From an uncultured Gammaproteobacteria bacterium (lineage in GTDB: Bacteria; Patescibacteriota; Microgenomatia; 2-02-FULL-39-11): 64,000 nt of DNA. The notes below the pieces were generated by a model. That model was not told where the DNA came from, did not search any database, and saw only the letters and a program-made list of their open reading frames with translations. Below are positions 51,027 through 59,669 of the stretch, one piece after another (position 1 is the first letter of the stretch; each line of letters starts with the position of its first letter). The stretch is from contig CAZJBV010000002.1 in NCBI GenBank assembly GCA_964544585.1, forward strand, positions 131,468 through 195,467, read 5' to 3'. Position numbers and translations under genes: made by a program.

Positions 51027-51854
51027 ATGAACTACAAACTAACTATCGGCTGGCTCTATCCTGATTACATGTCGACCTATGGAGATCGTGGTAATATTAT
51101 TTGTCTGACCAAACGATGCCAATGGAGAAAAATTAATGTCGAAATTAAGAAAATAGAATTTGAAACACTCCCACAAGAAATCGATTCTTGCGATTTGATT
51201 ATCGGCGGCGGAGCCCAAGATAGGCAACAGGAATTGGTGGCAAAAGATCTTTTAAAGAAAAAAAATATTTTTAGAATATTATTTAATAGGGGAGTGCCAG
51301 GTCTTTTTGTCTGCGGCTCTCCCCAACTTCTTGGTCACTATTACATGACAGGGGATGGGAAAAAATTGGCAGGCCTAGGAATTTTCGACTATGTTACCAA
51401 GCATTTCGGACATGACAAACCCCGCTGCATCGGCAACACAGTCGCAAAAGTCATCGGCATAAACACCTCGGATGGAAAGACACCTCCGAGGTGGCCCGCC
51501 CGCCTGCCGGCGAGGCAGGAAGGGACTCCTCGGATGGTGGAAGGATCACAAACCATCGTCGGTTTTGAAAATCATGGTGGTAGAACATATTTAGGCTCCA
51601 GCGCAAATCCCTTTGCCAAAGTTTTAGCTGGCTATGGCAATAATGGGGAAGATGGATACGAAGGCGCAATCTACAAAAATGTCATCGCCTGCTACTACCA
51701 CGGCCCCTTTCTTCCCAAAAATCCCCATATTGCAGATTGGCTTCTTACCCGCGCACTTGAAGTCAAATACAAAAAAGTTATACAATTGGGACCTCTCGAT
51801 GATGGACTTGAATGGCAAGCGCATGATTTTATATTAAATAGGGTCAGACCTTAA
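51027..51854 (+). CDS. gatD: Glutamine amidotransferase GatD (CobQ-like partner of MurT) with an in-frame REP
   Basis: YGDRGN, GGAQD, VCGSPQLLG, GFENHGG, YYHGP. Confidence 0.92.
   Translation: MNYKLTIGWLYPDYMSTYGDRGNIICLTKRCQWRKINVEIKKIEFETLPQEIDSCDLIIGGGAQDRQQELVAKDLLKKKNIFRILFNRGVPGLFVCGSPQLLGHYYMTGDGKKLAGLGIFDYVTKHFGHDKPRCIGNTVAKVIGINTSDGKTPPRWPARLPARQEGTPRMVEGSQTIVGFENHGGRTYLGSSANPFAKVLAGYGNNGEDGYEGAIYKNVIACYYHGPFLPKNPHIADWLLTRALEVKYKKVIQLGPLDDGLEWQAHDFILNRVRP
51462..51542 (+). repeat. In-frame composite REP: 15-nt leader plus 66-nt core variant
   Basis: Encodes [27 protein letters not shown]. Confidence 0.93.
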
Positions 51855-51876
51855 ACGCATTCAAGGTTGACCCTGA

Positions 51877-52617
51877 ATGCAGTCCAAAGTGAAAAATTAT
51901 TCTAACGAACTAAAAGATCTCAAAAAAGAGCTTTCTTTTCTTTACAAAGTGGCTCAATCTGTCCATAGTCTGGAGCTCGAGGAATTATTAAAAGAAATTG
52001 TTAAAATAGCTAAGGATGTGAGTAGGGCAGATTCAGTCCTGGTGTATATACTGGATAAAGTAAAGCAATCGCTAATTCTTCGTTCTTCTCTCAATCCCCA
52101 TCGCGACCTTTTAAAAGCAATCAAAATGAAAATGGGGGAGGGGATAACCGGCTGGGTAGCCAAAGAAAAAAAACCCGTCGCCATTCTCGAAGGAGCAAGT
52201 CTCGATCCGCGCTTTAAATATTTCCGAAGCCTTCCCGAAGATAAATTTGAAGCCTTTCTTTCCGTTCCTATTATTAACAAAGTTGGCGTAGTCGGAGTTA
52301 TAAACGTCCAACACAAAAAAAGACACCCGCATTCCCAAATGGAAATAAATCTTCTGTCTGCAATTGGAAAGCTAGTGGGGGGCGCAGTCGAAAATGCCCT
52401 TTTAGTCGAAGAATCCATGGCCCTACGAGAAGCACTCGAGATGAGAAAACTCATAGAAAAAGCCAAAGGTATTTTAATGAAAAGAAAAAATATTAGTGAG
52501 CAGGAAGCATATAGAGAAATACAAAAAGAGAGCATGGATAGCAGAAAATCTCTCAAAGAGGTTGCTGAAGCAGTGATTCTAGCCGATAAATTAAATTTAG
52601 GGGTTGACAGAAGATAA
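51877..52617 (+). CDS. GAF and ANTAR domain RNA-binding regulator
   Basis: GAF: GEGITGWVA, DPRF, SVPI, GVINVQ; ANTAR: RKLIEKAKGILM..SEQEAY..S..SLKEVAEAV. Confidence 0.92.
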   Translation: MQSKVKNYSNELKDLKKELSFLYKVAQSVHSLELEELLKEIVKIAKDVSRADSVLVYILDKVKQSLILRSSLNPHRDLLKAIKMKMGEGITGWVAKEKKPVAILEGASLDPRFKYFRSLPEDKFEAFLSVPIINKVGVVGVINVQHKKRHPHSQMEINLLSAIGKLVGGAVENALLVEESMALREALEMRKLIEKAKGILMKRKNISEQEAYREIQKESMDSRKSLKEVAEAVILADKLNLGVDRR

Positions 52618-52712
52618 AATTTGCATTAGGATGTACTATATTCTTGCAAAGAAGCGAGAGTTGACAAGGAAGTCTTCCAGATTTCGCAACGAGCGAATGA
52701 GGAAGATTTTTT
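52604..52712 (+). promoter_or_regulatory. Sigma70 promoter plus ANTAR two-hairpin antitermination leader of glnA
   Basis: TTGACA-17-TAGGAT; P1 TCTTGC-AAAGAA-GCGAGA; P2 GAC-AAGGAA-GTC; overlapping terminator TCTTCC..GGAAGA-TTTTTT. Confidence 0.85.
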
Positions 52713-52741
52713 ATTGGAATTATTAAATAAAGGAGAGCTTT

Positions 52742-54175
52742 ATGACTTTTCGAGAAATAAAAACAACCATCAAATCCAAAGGCATTAAAATTATTGATCT
52801 CAAGTTTGTCGATATTAGAGGAGTTTGGCAGCATGCTTCTATTCCGGTCAGTGAATTTGACGAATCATCAATCACTCGCGGGATTGGCTTTGACGGTTCT
52901 TCAATCAAAGGATTCCAACAGATCCACGAGTCTGATATGATACTGTTGCCAGATATCACTACCGCCCATCTCGATCCCTTTACCGAAATACCTACTCTTA
53001 CAGTTATCTGTGACGTCTTTGATCCTCTAAAAAAGGAATATTTCTCCCGTGATCCGCGAAACTTAGCCAAAAAAGCGGAAAACTATCTCAAAAAATCGGG
53101 AATCGCCGATAAAAGTTATTGGGGGCCGGAAGCAGAATTTTTCCTATTTAGTAGTCTGTCTTATAATATAGAACCTTATCACAATAGTTATCAATTAGAC
53201 AGTCGTGAGGCTCACTGGAATGCAGGTAAAAATGGCGAGCCCAATACTCATATTACAATTAGACCCAAAGAAGGCTATTATCCCGTCCCACCCCAAGATA
53301 CACTCCAGGATATAAGAAGCGAGATGGTACTAACCCTTGAATCTTGGGATATACCAGTCGAAATGCAGCACCATGAAGTCGCCGCGCCAGGACAGGCCGA
53401 GATTGATATGCGCTTTGATACCCTCACCAAAATGGCCGATAATGTCATGTCTTATAAATATATTGTCAAAAATACGGCTAAAAAACATGAAATGGTGGCC
53501 ATCTTTATGCCCAAACCAGTTTTTGGCGACAATGGCAGTGGCATGCACGTCCATCAAAGCTTGTGGAAAGGTTCTAACAATCTATTTTATGACGAGAAAG
53601 GCTACGCCGAGCTTTCCAAAACCGCTCTTTACTATATTGGCGGCCTCCTGACTCACATTGATGCGCTTCTTGCCTTCTGTGCTCCGACGACAAATTCATA
53701 CAGACGGCTCGTGCCGCATTATGAAGCTCCCGTCAATGTGGCATTTTCCAAAAGGAATAGAAGTGCCGCAGTCAGAATCCCAATGTACTTCTCTGGCCCT
53801 AAAAATGCCAAGAGTAAAAGAATTGAATTTAGGCCGCCAGATGTGGCCGCCAATCCTTATCTTGCCTTTGCCGCCATGCTCATGGCTGGAATTGACGGTA
53901 TTAAAAATAAAATTGATCCAATAAAAGCAGGCTTCGGACCTTTAGACAAAAACATTTATGAACTCGCGCCCGAAGAGGCCAAAAAAGTAAGAAGTGTACC
54001 TGGATCACTTTTTGAAGTAATTAGAGCGCTCGAAAAAGATCATAAATTCTTACTCGAGGCAGGTGTATTTACCGAGGATATATTAGATACGTGGATCAAT
54101 CTCAAAAGGGGCGAAGCTCAAGAGGTTTCCATCCGTCCTACACCCTACGAATTCTATCTTTACGCAGACATGTAA
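52742..54175 (+). CDS. glnA: Glutamine synthetase type I
   Basis: FDGSSI, GPEAEFF, HHEVA, MPKP..DNGSGMH, NSYRRL, RIEFR. Confidence 0.97.
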   Translation: MTFREIKTTIKSKGIKIIDLKFVDIRGVWQHASIPVSEFDESSITRGIGFDGSSIKGFQQIHESDMILLPDITTAHLDPFTEIPTLTVICDVFDPLKKEYFSRDPRNLAKKAENYLKKSGIADKSYWGPEAEFFLFSSLSYNIEPYHNSYQLDSREAHWNAGKNGEPNTHITIRPKEGYYPVPPQDTLQDIRSEMVLTLESWDIPVEMQHHEVAAPGQAEIDMRFDTLTKMADNVMSYKYIVKNTAKKHEMVAIFMPKPVFGDNGSGMHVHQSLWKGSNNLFYDEKGYAELSKTALYYIGGLLTHIDALLAFCAPTTNSYRRLVPHYEAPVNVAFSKRNRSAAVRIPMYFSGPKNAKSKRIEFRPPDVAANPYLAFAAMLMAGIDGIKNKIDPIKAGFGPLDKNIYELAPEEAKKVRSVPGSLFEVIRALEKDHKFLLEAGVFTEDILDTWINLKRGEAQEVSIRPTPYEFYLYADM

Positions 54176-55572
54176 AGGTTTCTTTTCACCCTCTGCACAT
54201 CATCAGCGAATGGTTCTCGCATGATTTCATCCTTATAATTATTTAACATGAAATCAATTAACTCAGAACATGCTATTCTGTTTTCAGTTGGTAAGGCGTC
54301 ATCAGAATAAAATCCCGCCCAAAGTTTTACAATTGCCGGTTTGATATGCATGGGAAGTAAAACTACATAATCTTTCAAAATAGTTGCGGAAGGATATATT
54401 CCTTCTACTGGATTCCATGTCCTCGGCTCACCATTTTCAGTTACAGCAAAAGCAGCCAAAGATCTACCCTCCGCCACTCTTTCACCACAAATAACCCGAA
54501 TCGCCTCGGCAATATCTTTTCTCGTCGTTGCTGAATGATTAAGTATAAATAATACTGCCTCTGCATTTTGAAATTCTTCATATGTAGGAACGTCTGATAG
54601 CAAATTGACAGGCTTTATAACAATGCGTCCTGAGGAATCTCTGGGATGGTCTACAGGATCTAATGTCAGATGATGCAATAACCACCCTCGTTTTGAATCA
54701 CTACTAGTATCTCCCAAATATTTAAATAACCACTTTTTTCCATGCTGTTGCTGTATAAGCCATAAATTACGCTTTGGATGCTTAAATCTATATTCATCCA
54801 TCGCCTCAATCAATGATTCAAATGATTTTTGGAAAAAAAGATATGAGAGTAAATCAGTCCGGTCCCTATAAAGCTTTCTTCTAGCAAGTTCTAGATTAAC
54901 CGCCTCTTTATCTTTAAAATCAAAAAATTTCATTGGTTCGCCATGCCAAGTTTCTTTCATAGCTCGGTGAGCTGAAATAATATTTTCGTTAGAAACTAGA
55001 AAAACGCCACCTCTTCCATTTTTTCTGTCTCTATTTGAGGGGTCGGAATCTTCAAGTGCCACTCTTACATGCATTAAAGTTTCAGAATCAGTATGAGTAA
55101 CCGGCTTATTTGCCCATACAAGGTAAAAGCTTATACCTCTTTCTTCCAATTCTTCTCCAATACCAGAATGCAGTTTTTCACCGATTACTTCTGCCATATC
55201 AGATCCAATAATCATCAAATAAGTATCGCTTTCAGGAGTTCCATTTATAGCTTTCACCGTAAGTTTCTCTAACTCATTCAAAGTTTCTAGTGTATGATCT
55301 TCGCTCAGTCCATGAAAAACTATTCTTTCTTCTGGATCAATACGATCTGCAAATTGTAGTAGAGCTTTCGATAAAAAATCACTCGGATGAGGATTATTTA
55401 TTCCTCCCACTCTTACACCAGCAATCTCATCACTAAAAGGCGTTCCACCTCCAAGAAGAATAGTTGTTCTTCCATGATAAGAAGTACGCTCTTTTATTGA
55501 TGGTCGTATTCTTACTTCAGGCCAAAAGATTATCCCAATCTTGTCTCGCAAACTTACTAATTCTTTCTTCAT
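54160..55572 (-). CDS. Hypothetical protein, possibly a divergent asparaginase/glutaminase fold
   Basis: Long ORF; LGGGT, IIGSDM, ANKP..SE, GVFLV..A.RA.K resemble the asparaginase motif order; start at ATG 55572. Confidence 0.55.
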   Translation of the reverse strand: MKKELVSLRDKIGIIFWPEVRIRPSIKERTSYHGRTTILLGGGTPFSDEIAGVRVGGINNPHPSDFLSKALLQFADRIDPEERIVFHGLSEDHTLETLNELEKLTVKAINGTPESDTYLMIIGSDMAEVIGEKLHSGIGEELEERGISFYLVWANKPVTHTDSETLMHVRVALEDSDPSNRDRKNGRGGVFLVSNENIISAHRAMKETWHGEPMKFFDFKDKEAVNLELARRKLYRDRTDLLSYLFFQKSFESLIEAMDEYRFKHPKRNLWLIQQQHGKKWLFKYLGDTSSDSKRGWLLHHLTLDPVDHPRDSSGRIVIKPVNLLSDVPTYEEFQNAEAVLFILNHSATTRKDIAEAIRVICGERVAEGRSLAAFAVTENGEPRTWNPVEGIYPSATILKDYVVLLPMHIKPAIVKLWAGFYSDDALPTENRIACSELIDFMLNNYKDEIMREPFADDVQRVKRNLYMSA

Positions 55573-55640
55573 AAGCCTATAATTATACACATTCTTTCTT
55601 CCCCTTTAAAATAGATACTATCCGCCATATAATACGTCCA

Positions 55641-55946
55641 ATGAAAAAAACCCAAAACAAATTAACCCTAGATACCGTCAAACACGTTGCCGATCTAGCT
55701 AAACTACAATTAAATAAAGAAGATATAAATAAATTTCAGGAACAATTATCCGATATTTTAGATTTTGTTGCTAAATTAGGCGAAGTTGATACCAAAAACA
55801 TTCCTCCCACGAGCCAAGTCACCGGTGTTGAAAATGTATTTAGAGAAGATAAAGTAAGAAAATCACTTTCCCAAGACGAAGCACTAGCAAACGCCAAAAG
55901 AAAACACAATGGTTATTTTGTCGTCAGAGCCATTTTCGAAGAATAA
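55641..55946 (+). CDS. gatC: Asp/Glu-tRNA amidotransferase subunit C
   Basis: VKHVADLAKL, FRED, ALANA. Confidence 0.93.
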   Translation: MKKTQNKLTLDTVKHVADLAKLQLNKEDINKFQEQLSDILDFVAKLGEVDTKNIPPTSQVTGVENVFREDKVRKSLSQDEALANAKRKHNGYFVVRAIFEE

Positions 55947-55950
55947 GAAT

Positions 55951-57357
55951 ATGTTAGTTGATTTATCCATAGAAGAACTCTCAAAAGGGTTGAAAGAAAA
56001 GAAATTTTCCTCGGTAGACATTCTCAAAGAATGTATTGCCAATATAGGCCGTTTGAATCCATCACTAAATGCATTTATTACTCTACGTGATGAAAAAGAC
56101 CTTTTAGCCGAAGCTCGTCAAAAAAATAAGGAACGTACAACGGAAAGTTCTATCCTCCACGGTCTGCCATACGTCATCAAAGATGCATATAACACCTCGG
56201 GTCTTAGAACAACCGCTGCCTCAAATGTCTTAAAAGATTATATTCCTCCCTATAGCGCTACTGTCTACCAAAAACTTCAGGATGCCGGAGCAATTCTTTT
56301 AGGCAAAACCAATATGGACGCCTGGGGACACGGCGCATCATCTGAAAATACTGACTTTGGGCCAGTTAAAAATCCGTGGGATTTATCGCGAGTCGCAGGT
56401 GGCTCAAGTGGAGGAAATGCGGCGGCAATCGCAACTGGCATGGCAGTCTTTGGCATCGGTGAAGATACTGGAGGTTCAATTCGAAATCCATCTGGCTGGT
56501 GTAATATAACGGGTTTGAAAGTAACCTATGGTAGAGTTTCGAGATACGGCTGTATCGCCTACGTCTCATCGTTTGACACCATGGGTCCTATGGCAAAAAC
56601 ATCAGAAGATTGTGCTCATATTTTAAAAGCCATTGCCGGATTCGATCCCTACGATGCCACCAGTTCCAATAAAGGCGTGCCAGACTATGGAAAAATTATC
56701 AGACAAAATTTGAAAAAAATAACCATCGGCATGCCCAAAGAATTTTTTGGCAGGGGAGTGGATCATGAAATTATAGATCTTATTAAAAGTGCAACCATAG
56801 AATTTCATAAAATGGGACACGAAATAAAAGAAATTTCTATGCCCATGCTTGCTTTTGGCGTACCCGTCTATTATCTCATAGGAACAAGCGAGACAAGTAC
56901 GAATTTAGCAAGATACGACGGAATAAGATATGGAAACGGTAGAGACCAATTTACCAAAGAAACCATGCGCCGCATCATGCTCGGAACTTACGCCCTTTCG
57001 GCTGGATATTACGATGCTTATTATAAAAAAGCCCAACAAGGCAGAACTCTTTTTATCAAAGAATATCAACAGGCTCTATCAGAATGCGATGTTATTCTCA
57101 TGCCAGTCGAGCCAATGGCCGCGACAAAAATAGGAGAATTAATCAACAATCCCATTCAAAATATGCTAGCAGATATTTTCACCTGTCAAACGCCTGTTGG
57201 AGTTCCCTCGATTGCTCTCCCTTGCGGTTTTACCAAAGAAAAATTACCAGTCGGCATGCAACTTATAGGCAATATGTTTACAGAAGACTTGCTACTCCAG
57301 CTAGGCTACTCATATCAGGAGCGTACCGATTGGCATAAGATAAAACCAAATCTATGA
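55951..57357 (+). CDS. gatA: Asp/Glu-tRNA amidotransferase subunit A
   Basis: [32 protein letters not shown]; ATG 55951. Confidence 0.95.
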   Translation: MLVDLSIEELSKGLKEKKFSSVDILKECIANIGRLNPSLNAFITLRDEKDLLAEARQKNKERTTESSILHGLPYVIKDAYNTSGLRTTAASNVLKDYIPPYSATVYQKLQDAGAILLGKTNMDAWGHGASSENTDFGPVKNPWDLSRVAGGSSGGNAAAIATGMAVFGIGEDTGGSIRNPSGWCNITGLKVTYGRVSRYGCIAYVSSFDTMGPMAKTSEDCAHILKAIAGFDPYDATSSNKGVPDYGKIIRQNLKKITIGMPKEFFGRGVDHEIIDLIKSATIEFHKMGHEIKEISMPMLAFGVPVYYLIGTSETSTNLARYDGIRYGNGRDQFTKETMRRIMLGTYALSAGYYDAYYKKAQQGRTLFIKEYQQALSECDVILMPVEPMAATKIGELINNPIQNMLADIFTCQTPVGVPSIALPCGFTKEKLPVGMQLIGNMFTEDLLLQLGYSYQERTDWHKIKPNL

Positions 57358-58883
57358 ACAATTACGAACCAATAATTGGTCTTGAAATTCACGTCGAACT
57401 AAAGACCAAATCAAAAATGTTCTGTGGTTGCAGGGCCGATTGGTTTGGTTTGCCCCCAAATTCCAATACTTGCCCTGTTTGTCTAGGTCTACCTGGTGCA
57501 CTTCCGGTTCCCAACAAAAAAGCAGTCGAATGGTGTATCATGCTCGGCCTTGCCCTAAATTGCCAAATCCCCGAAACATCTAAATTTAATCGAAAAAATT
57601 ATTTTTACCCCGATCTTCCCAAAGGTTATCAGATATCACAATACGATCAACCCCTTGCGATAAATGGATGGTTGGAAATAAATAAGCCACAAGACACCTC
57701 GGATGGTGGCGAAGCAACGACTTCGACTCCTCCGAAGGTGCGAAGGGACCGGAAAAGAATAGGCATCACCCGCGTCCACATGGAGGAAGATACAGGCAAA
57801 CTTCTCCATGCCAAAGTCGAGGGTTCAAACGTTTCCTTAGTCGATTTTAATAGAAGCGGCGTCCCTCTCGTCGAAATAGTTACAGAACCTGACATAAGAA
57901 GTAGTGAGGAAGCTCGAACTTTTCTTAAAAAACTCCACCAAATAATTCGCTACTTGGGTATTTCCGACGCCGATATGGAAAAAGGCTCCATGCGCCTCGA
58001 GCCAAATATCTCTCTCCGAAAAAGAACAGGCGACAAAGACACCTCGGACGGTGTCCGCCAGCCGGCGGACTCCTCCGAGGTAAAGACACCTCCGAGGTGG
58101 CCCGCCCGCCTGCCGGCAGGCAGGGAAGGGACTCCTCGGATGGTGGAGGAAGCATTACCAAACTATAAAGTCGAAGTCAAAAATATCAACTCATTTAATT
58201 TTGTTAAAAAAGCAATCGATTTTGAATTAGAGCGCCATACGGATATTTTAGAAAGGGGTGAGTTGCCTATACAAGAAACTCGCGGCTGGGACGAAAAAAA
58301 AGGCATAACATATTCTCAAAGATCAAAAGAAGAAGCCCACGACTACCGCTATTTTCCCGAACCAGATATTCCTCCAATGAGATGGGGAAAAGAGCAAATA
58401 TCAAAAATCAAAGATCAAAAACCCGAACTTCCCGATGCTAAAATAAAAAGATTTATCAAAGATTATAAGTTGTCAGAATACGACGCAACAATTTTGACAG
58501 ACGAAAAATCAACCGCTGACTATTTCGAAAAAGCCTTAAAGACACCTCGGGGGTGGCCGAATGGACTCCCCCGAGGTGGAGAGACCGGAATAAACCCCAA
58601 AACCATCGCCAATTGGATTATAAACAAACGGATTGATACATCAAGGATTTCGCCAGAAGAACTCATCAAATTGATAACAAGTAAAACACAAACTATTCAA
58701 ATAGATGAAAAAGAATTGGAATCAATCATCAAAAGAGTCCTCTCTCAAAACCCCAAAGCCGTCTCCGACTACAAAGCCGGAAAACAACAAGCTATAATGT
58801 TTCTAGTCGGCCAAGTAATGCGAGAAACCAAAGGAAAAACTGATGCGAAAAAGATAAAAACAAAGCTAAAAAATATGATATAA
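57354..58883 (+). CDS. gatB: Asp/Glu-tRNA amidotransferase subunit B with three in-frame REP insertions
   Basis: [40 protein letters not shown]. Confidence 0.96.
   Translation: MNNYEPIIGLEIHVELKTKSKMFCGCRADWFGLPPNSNTCPVCLGLPGALPVPNKKAVEWCIMLGLALNCQIPETSKFNRKNYFYPDLPKGYQISQYDQPLAINGWLEINKPQDTSDGGEATTSTPPKVRRDRKRIGITRVHMEEDTGKLLHAKVEGSNVSLVDFNRSGVPLVEIVTEPDIRSSEEARTFLKKLHQIIRYLGISDADMEKGSMRLEPNISLRKRTGDKDTSDGVRQPADSSEVKTPPRWPARLPAGREGTPRMVEEALPNYKVEVKNINSFNFVKKAIDFELERHTDILERGELPIQETRGWDEKKGITYSQRSKEEAHDYRYFPEPDIPPMRWGKEQISKIKDQKPELPDAKIKRFIKDYKLSEYDATILTDEKSTADYFEKALKTPRGWPNGLPRGGETGINPKTIANWIINKRIDTSRISPEELIKLITSKTQTIQIDEKELESIIKRVLSQNPKAVSDYKAGKQQAIMFLVGQVMRETKGKTDAKKIKTKLKNMI
57693..57740 (+). 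repeat. In-frame REP 1 in gatB
   Basis: GACACCTCGGATGGTGG-CGAAGCAACGACTTCG-ACTCCTCCGAAGGTG; encodes [16 protein letters not shown]. Confidence 0.85.
58038..58148 (+). repeat. In-frame REP doublet 2 in gatB (111 nt)
   Basis: 45-nt REP with a GTCCGCCAGCCGGCGGAC loop, then the 66-nt core; [37 protein letters not shown]. Confidence 0.93.
58541..58581 (+). repeat. In-frame REP 3 in gatB
   Basis: CACCTCGGGGG-TGGCCGAATGGACT-CCCCCGAGGTG; encodes [13 protein letters not shown]. Confidence 0.9.
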
Positions 58884-58893
58884 TCAGCTTAGT

Positions 58894-59118
58894 ATGAAAA
58901 AACTTCAGAAATTACCAGCAAATTATGATTTTTTCATTAAAACAGACACATCATCTTATAAAGGTGAATGGATTGCAATTACCGGTAAGAAAATTATATA
59001 TCACGGTAAAGATGCTCAAGAAGTCTACAGAAAAGCAAAGCAAAAATATCCAACTGCCAATGTTTCACTCGCCAAAGTTCCCGACGAGCAAATTCTGATA
59101 TTAAGATTCTCCCAATGA
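58894..59118 (+). CDS. DUF5678-like small protein
   Basis: YKGEWIAI..IIYHGKDAQEV pattern; overlaps the next gene (ATGA). Confidence 0.7.
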   Translation: MKKLQKLPANYDFFIKTDTSSYKGEWIAITGKKIIYHGKDAQEVYRKAKQKYPTANVSLAKVPDEQILILRFSQ

Positions 59119-59522
59119 TTATTTTCCGCTATAAAGAAGAACCATCTGGCAAGAAAAACGAACTAATCAAAAGACCAATTGCTGATATATATATTAGAAG
59201 CAAATCCGGGCCCTGGATAGAATTTCATCCCTATATAGATTCAGGTGCGGATGTCACTCTTATCCCTCTGACTCTCGGAAACCTTATTGGACTAAAAGTT
59301 GATGAAAAGAAAATTGAACAAATAGGAGGCATTAGAGGTAGTGTTCCTGCCATTTATTCTCAAGAAAAAATACGAATTGGAGACAATATACTCTCAGCTC
59401 GCATCGCTTGGGCCTTAATTGAAGAAGTTCCACCTCTCCTCGGACGCACTGATATCTTTGATAGTTTCCATGTCACTTTCAAACAAAACCAAGGAATAAT
59501 TATTTTCGATGAACGAAAATAA
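59115..59522 (+). CDS. Retropepsin-like aspartyl protease
   Basis: RP, IDSGAD, GGIRG flap, LLGR. Confidence 0.82.
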   Translation: MIIFRYKEEPSGKKNELIKRPIADIYIRSKSGPWIEFHPYIDSGADVTLIPLTLGNLIGLKVDEKKIEQIGGIRGSVPAIYSQEKIRIGDNILSARIAWALIEEVPPLLGRTDIFDSFHVTFKQNQGIIIFDERK

Positions 59523-59525
59523 TTA

Positions 59526-59669
59526 CCCAAAGCCATCTCCGACTACAAAGCCGGCAAAGTTAAAGTTATAATGTTTCTAGTCGGTCAGGTAATGAAAGAA
59601 CTCAAAGGGAAAGGAAACGCAGGAGCGATTAAAGAGAAATTATTAAATTACTTATCAAAATATGGATAG
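59526..59669 (+). pseudogene. Orphan diverged copy of the gatB 3' end (47 codons plus stop)
   Basis: [29 protein letters not shown] versus gat[30 protein letters not shown] (from 58752). Confidence 0.88.

Noticed and set aside
51954-52556. 200-aa antisense ORF, and similar antisense ORFs over ftsZ, ftsQ and others
   Set aside because: They lie wholly opposite well-supported genes and show no motifs.
37237-58148. Repeats as a CRISPR array
   Set aside because: Copies are kilobases apart and inside genes, with no repeat-spacer periodicity and no cas genes.
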